From Phaeosaccion multiseriatum (Eukaryota > Protista > Ochrophyta, other classes), in the NCBI GenBank assembly GCA_965112735.1, contig OZ218952.1, positions 3,286,001 through 3,350,000 on the forward strand: a stretch of 64,000 nt of DNA. The letters run 5' to 3'. Within the stretch, counting starts at the first letter, position 1. Every line of letters starts with the position of its first letter. Positions 32,424-45,200 of this stretch are shown piece by piece. The position numbers and the translations under genes are program-made. The notes beneath the pieces were generated by a model that saw only the letters and a program-made list of their open reading frames with translations, was not told the DNA's origin and made no database searches.

Positions 32424-35400
32424 CTCCGTACGCCTCCCTCGGTCGCTGCCCCCTATCGAGGAACCACAGCGCCTCCACCGCTGCCCTCCCCCCCACCCCC
32501 TCCGCGATGGCTCCGCTCATCATTTCAAAGGCCAATCCCCCCCCGCCCCCCCCCCACTGCTGTGCGTTGCCCGGCTGCATCAACACTCTCCGAACCTCCT
32601 GTACAAGAGATTCTTGGTACGCGGAGCCCGAGTACACCTCGACTTTAAAGCGCCCCCCCGCGTCCGTGAGCCCGCCGATGTACGAGAAGCAGTCGCTAAG
32701 CCCTCCTCCTATTCCTCCTCCTCCTCCTCCTCCTATTCCTCCTCCTCCTCCTCCTCCTCCTCCTCCTCCTCCTCCTCCTCCTCCTCCTCCTCCGACTCCA
32801 CCATATCCTTCTTCTCTCCCCCCTCCCTCTAAGCCAGTAGCGATGCGGCCGTTGCCATGGCCAGCCGCGCGGTGCAGCCTGCCTGGGCCTGACCTGGGAC
32901 TACCCACCCCTGCTGTATCACCAACTGCTGCCCCTACCCCTCCCTCTGCCCCTGCCCGATGCAATGCGGCAGCTGCGGCGGCTGCGGCTGCCATGTTTCC
33001 GGGCTGAAGACCTGCGTCACTGAGCCGGCGATCGGCCTGCAGATTGGCAGCAAGGCGACGCTGCTGCTGCTGAATCACCCACTGCTGCGGCTCCTGTGAC
33101 TCCTGCTGCGTCTGGTGCTGCATCTGCCCATATGATTCTTGCTGCTGCCCATATGCCTGCTCGCCCCCCTCCCTGGCCACAAGGCGGAGGGTGTAGATCG
33201 TGCCGAAGCGATTCACGCACTCCACGCACTCGCGGTCGCCATGGAACAGAGACGCGTCACCGGCCTGCTGGTGCTGTATCACCAACGGCTGGGGCGAGGC
33301 ATGACTGCCGTCGTCGTCCTCCCGTTCGTGCCGCCGTCCTCCTCCTCCTCCTCCTCCTCCTCCTCCTCCTCCTCCTCCTCCTCCTCCTCCTCCTCCTCCT
33401 CCTCCTCCTCCTCCTCCTCCTCCTCCTCCTCCTCCTCCTCCTCCTCCTCCTCCTCCTCCTCCTCCTCCTCCTCCTCTTCCTCTTCTTCTTCTTCTTCCTC
33501 CATCTCCTCCGCCTCCTCCTCCTTTTTCTTCTCCTCCTCCACTCCCACCCCCCCCTTCCCCGCCCCAACCCCGACCCGGCGCCCCTCCTCTCCCCCCCCC
33601 TCCGCCACTGCCCTCCTGCCCTCCATCCAACAGCGTTAGCCCCAGCGAAGCGTTGTGGGCCTGCCCCAGGATGGATCGAAGTGCCGTCACGACGTACTGC
33701 CTCTCCTGCCCCGCGCTGAAGCTGTAGCCGTGCAGAGAAGATCTCCCGCCGTGGTGGAGGAAGCTGTAGTTCCTTCCTCCTCCCACTCCTCCTCCTCCTC
33801 CTCCTCCACCACCGCCTCCTCCTGCTCCTCTCACTCCTCCTCTTTCCACTCCTCCCCCCCTTTCTCCTCCTTCTCCTCCTCCTTCTCTTTCTTCTTCTCC
33901 TCCTCCTCCTCCTCCTCCTCCTCCTCCTCCTCCCCCTCCTCCTCCCCCTCCTCCTCCTCCTCCTCCTCCTCCTCCTCCTGCTCCTCCTCCTCCCCCTCCT
34001 TGTCGTCCCAAGAGATTCTCCATACGCATACGCCCCACCTCTACCCCCCCCCCCCCCTGCCCCCCTCTCCTCGACAACGAAAGACCCCCACCCGACGCTC
34101 TGCTCCTGGCCGTCGAAGTCGCCCCTCTCCCCGTCGAGCCCGCCCCCAGTCCTGCCATCTTCTTCCTCCGAGCCTGAGTGCTTGAGTGGATACGGCTGGC
34201 CCCTGACAAGATCTTGAGGAAGCGAAGATGCCGCATGAAGGCTACTGCCTCGGCCTCGGTAGCATTGATTGGCGGTGCCAGAAGGTCCTCTTGTCGGAGT
34301 AGGAATAAGCGCTGTCCCGGCGACGCCTCCCTCCCACTCTCGTCCCACCGCAGCTGCTGATGGGCTGTACGGCGCCGCCCTTGTGTCTGTTGGTTGACCA
34401 GAAGGAGCTTCACAACTTCAAAGAGCGTCCCTCCTCCTCCTCCTCCTCCTCCTCCTCCTCCTCCTCCTCGTCCTCCTCCTCCTCCTCCTCCTCCTACTCC
34501 TCCTCCTCTTCCGGGCCCTCCCCGGCCCACACCTATACCCGTAGCCGCTTCTGGGGCTAGCCCTAACCTCAGCCCTTCTCTCCCACCCCCTCCTCCCCCT
34601 CCCCCTCCTCCTCCTGCTCCTCCTCCTCCTCCTGCTGCTGCTGCTGCTGCTGCCTTAGTGCCCCCTCCCAAGGCAGAGGCCACAAAGGAGGAGGCATCGA
34701 GTCCCAGCCCCCCCCCCTTGAGCTCAAGATACCATCGCTGGAAACCCTCGCAGAGGCTGAGGCAGTGGGTCGGGGGGAGAAAGTCCAAACAAGTGGGTGA
34801 GTACCGTACTCGCTCTGTCTCTCAGTTGGTTAAAGCTAGGAGGGACGATACTTGGTACTCACTCTCTCCCTCTCTTAGTTGGTTAAGGCAAAGTCGTCTC
34901 CTTCCTACCGTCCCTCCTTGCTTCCGTCCGTCCGTCCGTCCGTCCCTCCCTCCCTCCCTCCCTCCCTCCCTCCCTCCCTCCCTCCCTCCCTCCCTCCGTC
35001 CGTCCGTCCGTCCGTCCGTCCCTCCCTCCCCCACCCCCTCACCTCTCCAACGCGATGCTACTCAACCACATGATGACGTGTTCCTCTGCCCATTTCTGAG
35101 GGTAGGGGAGTGTCAGTCCGCTGTGCAACCTTCGTAGCGCCATGTCCGCCTCACTGCGCAGGTTCGAATCCCAATGAAAGCTCGCCAGAATGAGCAAAGC
35201 AGTCTCGCAAGACCTTTTGCAAAGTGGAGGCATATGGAGGAGTTGAAGAGAGGGAAGGGGAACGGGAGGGGGGCTGAGGAGACAGTTTCATTTGCCCTGC
35301 TTGCTTCTTGTGCGACGACGTGGCATGACTGCCTCACCTTGCCCGCCTGCCCATATGCCTGCCCTTCTACCTGCTCATATGCCTGCCCTTCTACCTGCTC

Positions 35401-38400
35401 ATATGCCTGCCCTTGTACCTGCCCATATGCCGGCCCCTTTGCCTGCCCATATGCCTGCCCATATGCCTGCCCTTGTACCTGCCCATATGCCTGCCCCTGT
35501 ATCTGCCCATATGCCTGCCCATATGCCTGCCCATACGCCTGCCCATACGCCTGCCCATACGCCTGTCTCACCTATTGACGGCCAGGCCTGTCCCCGAGGA
35601 GTTGAGGTTGATGCTGGAGAGCGTGGCGATGCACTGCCTCTGCAGACGCACCGTCGCCGAAACCGTCCGATTCTCGATTGCCCCCCGAGACTCCGCCGTC
35701 CCACCAACGCCTCCGCCTCCTCCTCTTCCACCTCCTTCTCCTCCTCCCCCTCCTCCTCCTGCTCCTCCTCCTCCTCCTCCTCCTCCTCCTCCTCCTCCTC
35801 CTCCTCCTCCTCCTCCTCCTCCTCCTCCTCCTCCTCCTCCTCCTCCTCCTCCTACTCCCCCTCCTCCTCCTACTACTCCTCCTCCTCCCCCTCCTCCTCC
35901 TCCTCCTCCTCCTCCTCCTCCTCCCATTCCCGTATCAAGCATGTCCAGGCCCGAGGTGGGCCTTCCGCGACCATCAAGCCCGTGCAGTACGCTACCATCA
36001 ATGCCCATAGTCCTTTCACCCACGTTAACTCCTCCTCCCCCGTCCCCCTCGTAGTAGCCCCCCTCGTCACCCTCGCCTCGCTGCTGTACCACCAACTGCT
36101 GTGGGTCGTGGAAGCGGCCCATGATGCGCATGTCCACATTCCCGTAGGCAGCGCTCATACCTCGCCATCTTGTCGAGGCATCCCTTACAAGCTTGGCCAC
36201 ATGAGGGTCCAGCAGGGCCGTGAGGGAACTGAAGTGAAGGGAGGGAAATGACAAAAGACAAAGGAAGCAAAACCGTCAGAGAGAGTACAGAGAAGGACGA
36301 CGAGAAGGGTGGAAAGAGCATTACAATGACCTAAAGCACCGGCATGGTGGACACACACCACGGGTAGAGGGGATGCAGCAGGAGTAACACTGGAGCTCTG
36401 GACGAGCAAGGAAACTGCGAAGAACCAAGTCTCACACTTGCACTGAAGAACCACTTGCACTAAAAAACCCAACTCTCACACTTGCACCGAAGCACCAACG
36501 CTCACACTTGCACCGAAGAACCAACGCTCACACTTGCACCGAAGAATCAACTATCGCACTTGCATGCACACTTGCCTGGGCACCCTGTAAAGGATCATGA
36601 GGTCCACAAGTGCCACGCTCTGACTGCTCAGGTACTCCAGGCACTTGGCGGCCACTCGAGTCAGCTCCAGAAGATCACCTTTGATCACCATCGCCACAGA
36701 CGCGGGGGGAGGAGGGGGAGGAGAAGAAAATGGCATGGAAAGAGTGCCTCCTCCTCCTTGTGCACCTCGGGAAGATGGAGAAGATCGCGGAGGGGAGACC
36801 ATAGAGCCTTTCGGGGGGGATAGAGGGTTTGTTGTGAAAGAGATGAGAAGGAAGACAGGAAGGTAAAAGAGAAGGGTGGTAGGATAGGGAGGATGAGAGG
36901 AAGTGCCTTCCTATCCTCTCGATGACTCAAGCACCCGCCTGGGTCCGAGAGCAAGTGACCGGGATTGACTTGCACCTGACTCACTCACAGCCTCACAGCC
37001 CCCCCTCGCCCCCACCCTCCCTCTCCTTATCCTTACCTGCATCCCCAACTACTGAAGGGGCTCTCGGGGAGCGGCGGTAGAACTGAGGCGGGATGGGACT
37101 GGGACAGGGCGAGAGAGAGCAAAAGGGAGAGAGAGAGAGAGAGAGACAGCGTGGGAGAGAAAGGAGCAGAGAGAGAAACAGAGAGAGAAACAGAGAGAGA
37201 AAGAGAGATAGAGAAGATACACAGTGAAGAAGGAAGGGGAAGGGACAAGCACCAAGCATAGCAAACAAAGCAAAAAGGAAGGAAGTAAGTTGCAGCAAGA
37301 AGCCAAGCCAGGCACAAACAGCGCTGAACCTCTTTTTTAGCCAGGGACGGACCAACGGATTTGCTTCCGCCCTGCTTACCTCCCCCCGCCCCTGGCCGTA
37401 GCCGTTCTGTGCCTCCACTGCAGATAGCGGCGCTGAATGAGCCGCACAGCGCGTTCCCTCAGAGGCAGCACCAGCGTAGACAGGGCCTGAGTAAGTCAGC
37501 GAAACCGACCGTCAGTCAGTCAGTCAGTCAGTCAGTCAGTCAGTCAGTCAGTCAGTCAGTCAGTCAGTCAGTCAGTCAGTCAGTCAGTCAGTCAGTCAGT
37601 CAGTCAGTCAGTGAATCAGTCCGTCAGTCAATCGGTCAGTCAGTCAGTCAGTCAGTCAGTGAATCAGTCCGTCAGTTAATCGGTCAGTCAGTCAGTCAGT
37701 CAGTCAGTCAGTCAGTACCTTGTGTCAGTCATGCGACATCACACCATACCTGCAGCAGGCGCACTCTGAGCTGTGGCGGGAGAAGCCCCCCCCCTCCATC
37801 CCCTGTCATGCCTCCTTCCCCTTCCCGCTCTTCTTCCCCTTCCCCTTCTTCTTCCCCTTCCCCTGCCGTACCCCCCATCCAGTGACTCCCCGAGCAATGC
37901 TTGATGAGATTGAAGAGCGCAGAAACGGCGTTGAACTGAATGGGATAGTCGCGGATGCGCAACATGTCAAGCAGGAGAGAGAGCCCCCCTGCCCGAAGCA
38001 CCTCGGCCGCACTGGCTTGATGCATGGCGCATTGAGCCAGACCCTTGCCCGCCTCTCTCAACTGAAGGTCGTGCAGCGGCTGAAGAAGGGCAAGACCCAC
38101 CGTACAACTGCTGCTACTGCTTCGGCTGCTCCTGCCTCCTCCCCCGGCTCCCCCCCCCGCTCCCCCCCCGGTTCCTCCTCCTCCTCCTCCTCCTCCTCCT
38201 CCTCCTCCTCCTCCTCCTCCATCCTCCCCACCCCCCTTGAGATGTCTCTCTCTCAAGACCTCCATGCTTGCTGTGGCGAGAGTAAGATGTATCTGCAGAG
38301 CCGTTTCACCAAAGTTCTGGAGACCTGATGTTGCGTGTAACCGTTCTGCATCATCGCGGCTGCGTTGGAAGCGCAGGAGGAGGAGGAGCCCACCTGCTCG

Positions 38401-41375
38401 CTTGACCATCGCTCGCTGTGAGGGGTCAACGCTGAGCTCTGCTAGTAGCTGGAGCACTGCTCGACGTCCTCTTCGGGAGGCTGGGGGTGAGGTGGGTGGG
38501 GTGGGGTGGGTGGGGTGGGGTGGGTGTCAGAGGGGGGCGGGGAATGGGCGGAGACGCTCAGAGAGAGAGAGTGAGAGAGAGGGGGGACGATAGGAAGAGA
38601 GAGAGATATAGATAGAGAGGGAGGGAGGAAGAGAGGAAGAGAGGAAGAGAGAGAAAGGGTGAGAGAGGAGACGAGAGCGACAGGAGACGGAGTATGAGAT
38701 GCTAGACAGTAGAGCCAGAACAAGAGTGAGAGAGGACAAGGAGCAAGACTGAGAGCCTGACACAAAAGCGCCACTCGCACACACACACACACAGGCGTAC
38801 CTGCACCACTCCAAAGAGAAAGTGCTCTCCTCCTCCTCCCCCCCTTCATCCCCCGTCGTCCTGCAGCTTACCCCCCCTCTGATTGATCCACGAACACGTC
38901 AGCCTAGCTAAACCTCAAACTTACTACCCAGTGCGTGCCTCCCTTCCTACCCACACTCCGCGTTCCCTTCCTACCCACACTCCACGTTCCCTTGGCTGCC
39001 TACCTTCCTACCCGGAGAGAGACAAACACTCCACGAACCCCCACGGGTCGGTCCTGACACCCCTCCAAATCCCTCCCTCCCCACCCTCCCCACCCTCCCC
39101 ACCCACCCACCCACCCCCGCCCTCCCACCCTCCCACTCACTCACTCACTCACTCACTCACTCACTCACTCACTCACCCGTCCGAGCAGCTGCCACAAGCA
39201 CTGCTGCCCCCCCGTGAATAGTAATTGCCTCCCTGCAGAGGTTGTTGTTGCTGGCATGGTCTCGCAGCAGCACAATGGCCGCCTCCTGCTCATCCCCTCT
39301 TCCCCCCCTCACCATATCGAGGAGGGGAGGAATCACGCCCCTCGTCGAGGCCGTAACGTCGAAACCGTCGCTACGCCGTGGGCTGCCATCGAAGCTGTCG
39401 TCTTCCTCGTCTTCTTCCTCCTCCTCGTCCACGGAGTCGTCATCGCTCAGGTTGGCGGCGTCAACCCAATCAATGTCACCAACTACACCACACTCGCCTC
39501 TACCTCCTCCTCCTCCTCCTCCCCCTCTTCCTACTTCGACCTTACTCCTTAGCTTCCCCCTTGGTATCTCCTCTGTATCACCAACACGTGATGATCCGGC
39601 GCTTATTCCGGACAAGGACCGCAGCCCCATCCCCCTCGATGAATCCTGACGCCGCAGTTTGAGTTTCAGCTTTCTCCTCAGCCCTGGCGATGGCGACGAC
39701 GAACATGATGACGAAAACCCAGGTAGAGTTTCAGTTTGAGCATCAGGGAAGACACAGATGCGGCTGAACTCGGCATCTCTGGACAGGATCTGGAGAAGAG
39801 CCACCGCCTGCAGCCGGAGGGATGGTTGGGGTAGCGAGAGACACCCAATCAGGCGGTGGATGGAGAGAGAAAGGATACCCAGCGGCCCCGAGAGCTTGGT
39901 GTTCCCCAGCCCTCCTCCTCTTTTGCCGCTGAAGCAGGAAGAGGTCTTGGCCAACAGAAAAAGCAGCCTCAGCGTGTCCTGTATCACCAACTCGTCCACC
40001 CTCTCCAAGAAGTCTGGCAACTTCCTCGCCACACTGTGCAGCAGGGCCCGCTGGGAGGGTGTCTCGTTGTGCCCCGGGGGGAGGCCTCTCCCCCCCCTCC
40101 CCCCCGGGGTGACGCTCCCCCCTGGACCGCCGCCTCCGGAGCCCCTACTTGTTGTGCGGTAGGAGACCTCTCCTTCATTGGCGTCAATAGCTTGGTCGTT
40201 GTCGTACTCGTGGTCGTCTTCGTCGGTTTCGTCATCAAGTGCCATCTCACCGGACGCCATGGAAATGATCTGTGACACCGTCAGGAGCACTGACGTGGGG
40301 GGGGCGGGGGGGATGGCAGGGGATGGATGGCAGTCGAGAGGAAGGAGGGGTTGAGAGGCGTAGACACACACGCACACGCACACGCACACGCACACGCACA
40401 CGCACTCGCACACACACCCGCACACACACACACACATACGAACGTACCCAGGTGCAAGACCTTGTCCCCCGGGGAGCAATACATGAGCCGGCAGCACTTC
40501 GCCAACACCGCCCCATCCAAGGAGAAGAGTCTTGCGAGCTCCCTCAGCATCAAGCCACCCTCCCGCACGGCCGCCGCGCCTCCCATGCTCAGAGAGATAG
40601 AGGCGATACCGCCCCCGAGCAGGAAGGACCCCGTCTCGGTAGAGTCGCGCAGGGGCAGCGTGGGGTAGGTGTGCTTGGCGTGGTTGGGCTGCTGCTGACC
40701 CCCAACTTGCTGCTGTTGCTCCTGCTGTGAAGGAGGAGGCCTGGCGGAGCCTGGTGAGAGTGAGCGTGCCCCTCCTCCTCCTCCGCCTCCTCCTCCTGTA
40801 TCACCAACTGCTGCAGGGGCGTCACCCGGCCTCGGAGAGGACTCCTCCAGTGCGGCGGTGAGGGTGGTGGGGGAGGAGGAGGCCCCGTGAAGAACATTAA
40901 GGAGCGATCGCAGACCCCGAAACAGCGCCTGCACCACTTGCTCCTCCTGCTCGGGCATCACCTTCGAAACCGGCACCCCTCCCCATATGCCTGGGTTTCC
41001 CCCTTCCCCTGCCTCTCCTTCTCCCCCCCTTCCTCCTCCTCCTCCTCCTCCGGTGGTGTGTCCGTGGCCATAACTGCCGTAACTACCATAACTGCCGCTG
41101 CTTCCTCCCGAGGAGGAGCGCGAAAAGGACGACCGCCGTGGCAGTAGAGAGGGTCTCCATCCACTGCCATCGCCTCTCCCATGACCCCCACTACGGCGAG
41201 GGCTATGGCTGCGGCTCTTGGTCGCGCTGCTGCCGATGCTGCTGGAGCTGGCGGCGTCTCTCCCTTGCCTTGACTCTGCCTCTGTCTCCGCCTGTGCCTC
41301 CGCCTCTCTCCGCCTCTTGAGGATGGTGTTGTCGGCTCTGACCTTGCTGCGGATGGCGCCCTCCGCCATTGTCAC

Positions 41376-41423
<48 letters not shown>

Positions 41424-42150
41424 GCACGCACAGCCAGATTGTACCCCACGGCAGACAGAGGCAGGCAGAAGGCACCCAAATAGACAGAGAAGAGAGGCAA
41501 AGGCCGTAAGGGGGCGCCCTGTCACATCGATCGATCGATCCATCGAGAATTACGCTCCCTCCCTTCCTCCCTCCCCCGTCATCCACTGCCATCCACTGCC
41601 ATCCTTTGCATACCAGCGTGGCGAGTCTCTCTGCGCAAAGCTTGGCAAGGGCCCCGATAACGTGTCTCATCTGCGCCGGGGCGTTGCCTTGCCTCCACAG
41701 GAAGAGCCAATTGCGCCGTACGGCCTCCGCGATGGAGCCGCACAGGCTAAACACAAAGTACTCGAGTCGGCTGTGGGCTCCGCGGAGCTGAGTGGGGAGG
41801 GGAGGGGCGCAGAAAGAAATGGGGAAGACATCGGGGGCGATGGAGAAGGGGGGGGTAAGAGTCACGTGAGGAAGGCAGCAATAGCGGCAGCAGTTGCTGA
41901 CACATCAGATGGGAATACAGCAGCAGCAACATGTCGAGAACGAGAGAGAGAGAGAGGGAGAGAGAGGGAGAGAGAGAGAGAGAGAGAATGACTGCAAGTG
42001 AAGGAAAGGGGCACCGAACTTTCGCCCCCAACCATTAAGCACACCACACGAGCAGCTGTCCGCGCACCGACTACGCATCCATGCATGCCCGCACGCACGC
42101 AAGCACCCACCCACACAAACACACATACACACACGCACACACATACACAC

Positions 42151-42222
<72 letters not shown>

Positions 42223-45200
42223 CTCTGTGTAAAGGAGCCTCGCTGGGCACGGCCCTCTCCCCCCGAGGGCGGCTCTTGCTGGCGAGCGTAAACACCCCGG
42301 ACAGGAGTATCTCCTGCTGCACGAGGCCAGTGATGGAGTACGCTTGGCCAGACGTCATCAGCAGAGACTCGCGTCCGTAAGAGCGGCTAAGGAGGGGAGG
42401 GAGGGAAGAGGAGGGGGAAGGGAGAGGGGTTTTTTGGGGGGGGGGTGGGGGGGGGGAGGAACGGAGTGAAAGAAGGGGCCGAGAGGAAGGAGTGAAAGAA
42501 GCGCGTCACTGGGTCAGCAATGGAAGGCGATAGTAGGGTTGCACACGCACACGCACCGTACGCTCCCATGTACGTACGCACGCATGCACGCACACTTGAT
42601 CAAACCGAACACCCACTCCCCCCTCCTCCTCCCCCATCATCCACTCACCCAGCCGGCCTATCCGCCACCGCCGGTGGAAGCAGTCCAAAGTCCCCCTCCC
42701 CGTCCCCCCCTGCAGCCTCGTACGCCCCCGCCCCCCCCCCCTGGCCCTTGTTGGCATCCTCATCCGCGCCAGTCGCCAGCCTGTTGAGCAGCCGGACTGC
42801 CAACACCTGTGCCTGCTTGAGCTGCAAGAGCCGCCGCGTGTACATGCCCATTCGAGGCGTGTGGGCCTCCCGTCGCCTCCTCTCGGCGCGCTGCTTCACA
42901 TGCTCTAGCCTCTTCTTCTTGTCGGCCCGTATGCCTGCCCGCAACCTTTCACGGGCCTCCTTCCTCTCTCTGAGCACCTCCCTCCTCGCCTCCCGTCTGC
43001 TGCCATCGCCACCCCCACCCCCGTCTCTCTTGTCTCTGTGACTGTCCCTACCTTTCGGCCTGTGCATACTCTTCGCACCCTTTAGACCCTTGAGAAAAGC
43101 GGCGTCGGTGTCAGGATCTGCTCTTCCCTCCCTTCTCCTGTCCTCCTCCCCCTCCCCGCCCTCGTCCTCCTCCTCCTCCTCCTTGTCCTCCGAGCTGGCG
43201 TCTGAGCCTGTCTCTATCGAAGAGAATGAGGTTGAAGTATCGTCTTCCTCGTCCTCGTCCACGTCCTCGTCCTCGTCGCTCTCGCTCTCGCTCTCGCTCT
43301 CCTCCTCCTCCTCCTCCTCCTCATCATCATCATCACCATCATCATCATCATTCTCTAGTTCATTGCCGTACTTAGACCCCTGGGCCGCCGTCGAGCCCGC
43401 AACCCTCACCTCTGCTCTCCCTCTTACCCCTCTTACCCCCTCCTCCTCACTCCCTCCCTCTCCCCCGCCCCCGCCCCCCCTCAGCAGACTCTTCCGACTC
43501 GAGTCCGCCATCACCACCTTCATCAACAAACGCCAGAGAGCGTACATGACCCCGGCTTGATGCGAATAAGCCACCACGGGGATCTGCAACAGCGCATCCA
43601 AGCAAGCCTGCTTGTCGATGAGACCTTTCAATCCGAGCTCTACAAATGGCGCCAACGCCCCTGTGGTGGAGAACTGCTGGAGCACCACCGTGTGCTGTGA
43701 GAGGGCGCTGAGGCTGCTTGCCACCTGGTGCATCGGAGGAGTACCGAGTGTCAGGCAAGTGTCAAGTAAGGAGGGCGGAAGGAGGGAGTAAGAGTGACAG
43801 TAGGCAGCAAGTGGCATTAAGTGCCAAGCCAGTGTAAGGGAGAAGGGGAGGGAGGTGAGAGTAATGAACCTGGTGCCAGAGGAGTACCGAGTGTCAGGTA
43901 CAAGGAGGGCATGAGGGGGTGAGAGTGCGAGCAGAGTTCAAGTGTCAAGCAAGTGTCAAGCAAGTAGAAGAGCCTGAGAGAGGGGGTGTCCTTCCTTGCC
44001 TCCTCGAGCACCCTGATCTGATGCGGAAGCTCTCCCCTCCGCACGGCAAAGTCCCGCGCCTCCCTCTCCGCCCTCGTGATGGTCTTGGTGAGCTCGAGTT
44101 TCTCGTTCTTGCCTGCTGGCACCTCATACACCACCTTGGAAGGGGGCATGGGGGTGGATGGGGAGGGGAGGGATGGCAGCGGATGGCAGTGAATAGGGGG
44201 GGCGAGTGTGAGTGGTGGTGAGGAACAGAGCACGTGACCCTCGCTCCCTCCCTCCCTTCATTCCTCCTTGCTTCCGTCCCTCCTTGCTTCCGTCCGTCCG
44301 TCGCCCCCTCCCTCCCTCCCTCCCTCCCTCCCTCCCTCCCTCGCTGCATATCCTGCCCTCCCTCCCTCCCCCCCTCCCTCACCCTCCCTCCCCTCCCTCA
44401 CCGTGACTGAATCGTCTTCATTGTCGACGTCCTTTGGCTCTATTCGGACGATGGGCCTCCACAGATTGTTGTTCACAACGAGGTATGGCCGGCGGAAGTC
44501 AGGCTCGCTGGAAAAGCTCTCCGGGATGCATCTGGTGCCAGCACACCAAGAGGGAGGGGCAGCAATTGGTGATCCAGCAGCTAAGGGGCCGCCTGATGAG
44601 CGTCTTCCTGTATCACCAACTGTTTTGCTTTGCTGGCACCATTCTGAAACGGAGTGGAGGCCTCTCTGCTCGCCTTCATGTCTGACTGTCTGCCTGCCCA
44701 TGTGCCTGCCCATATGCCTCCCCATGCGCCTTACTACCCCTTATTAACCCGTACTAACCCCTACTAACCGACCGATCGATCGACGGACTCACTCCTCCCC
44801 CTTCACGTACTCACCTGCGCTGCACTTGTTTAAAGAGCGGGTCCGACTCGGCAAAGTCGTAGAGCCTGACGATGGCCCTCAGCGCGTCTGCCCTCTCCAC
44901 TAACTCGGCGTTGCGGGCACTACGACAGAGGTTGGCCATAGCCTTGGCCACGAGAAGCAGAGACGCGAAGGAGCACTGCAGGGGCAGGTTGCGGCAGTTG
45001 CTGCTTGCCGTATCACCACCTGCTGCGGCGGCTTCTCCACGAGCGCTGCCGCGGCTGTTCCTCCTGCTCCTCGGGGTGGAGGTCTGCCCGCGATGCTGCT
45101 GCTGCTGCTGCTGCCTCTGCTCGTGCCTCTGCTGCCTCTGGTCGTACTCGCACTGCATCTGCAAGGCGCTCTCCCTCTTAATCCTCTCGATGAGGCCATG

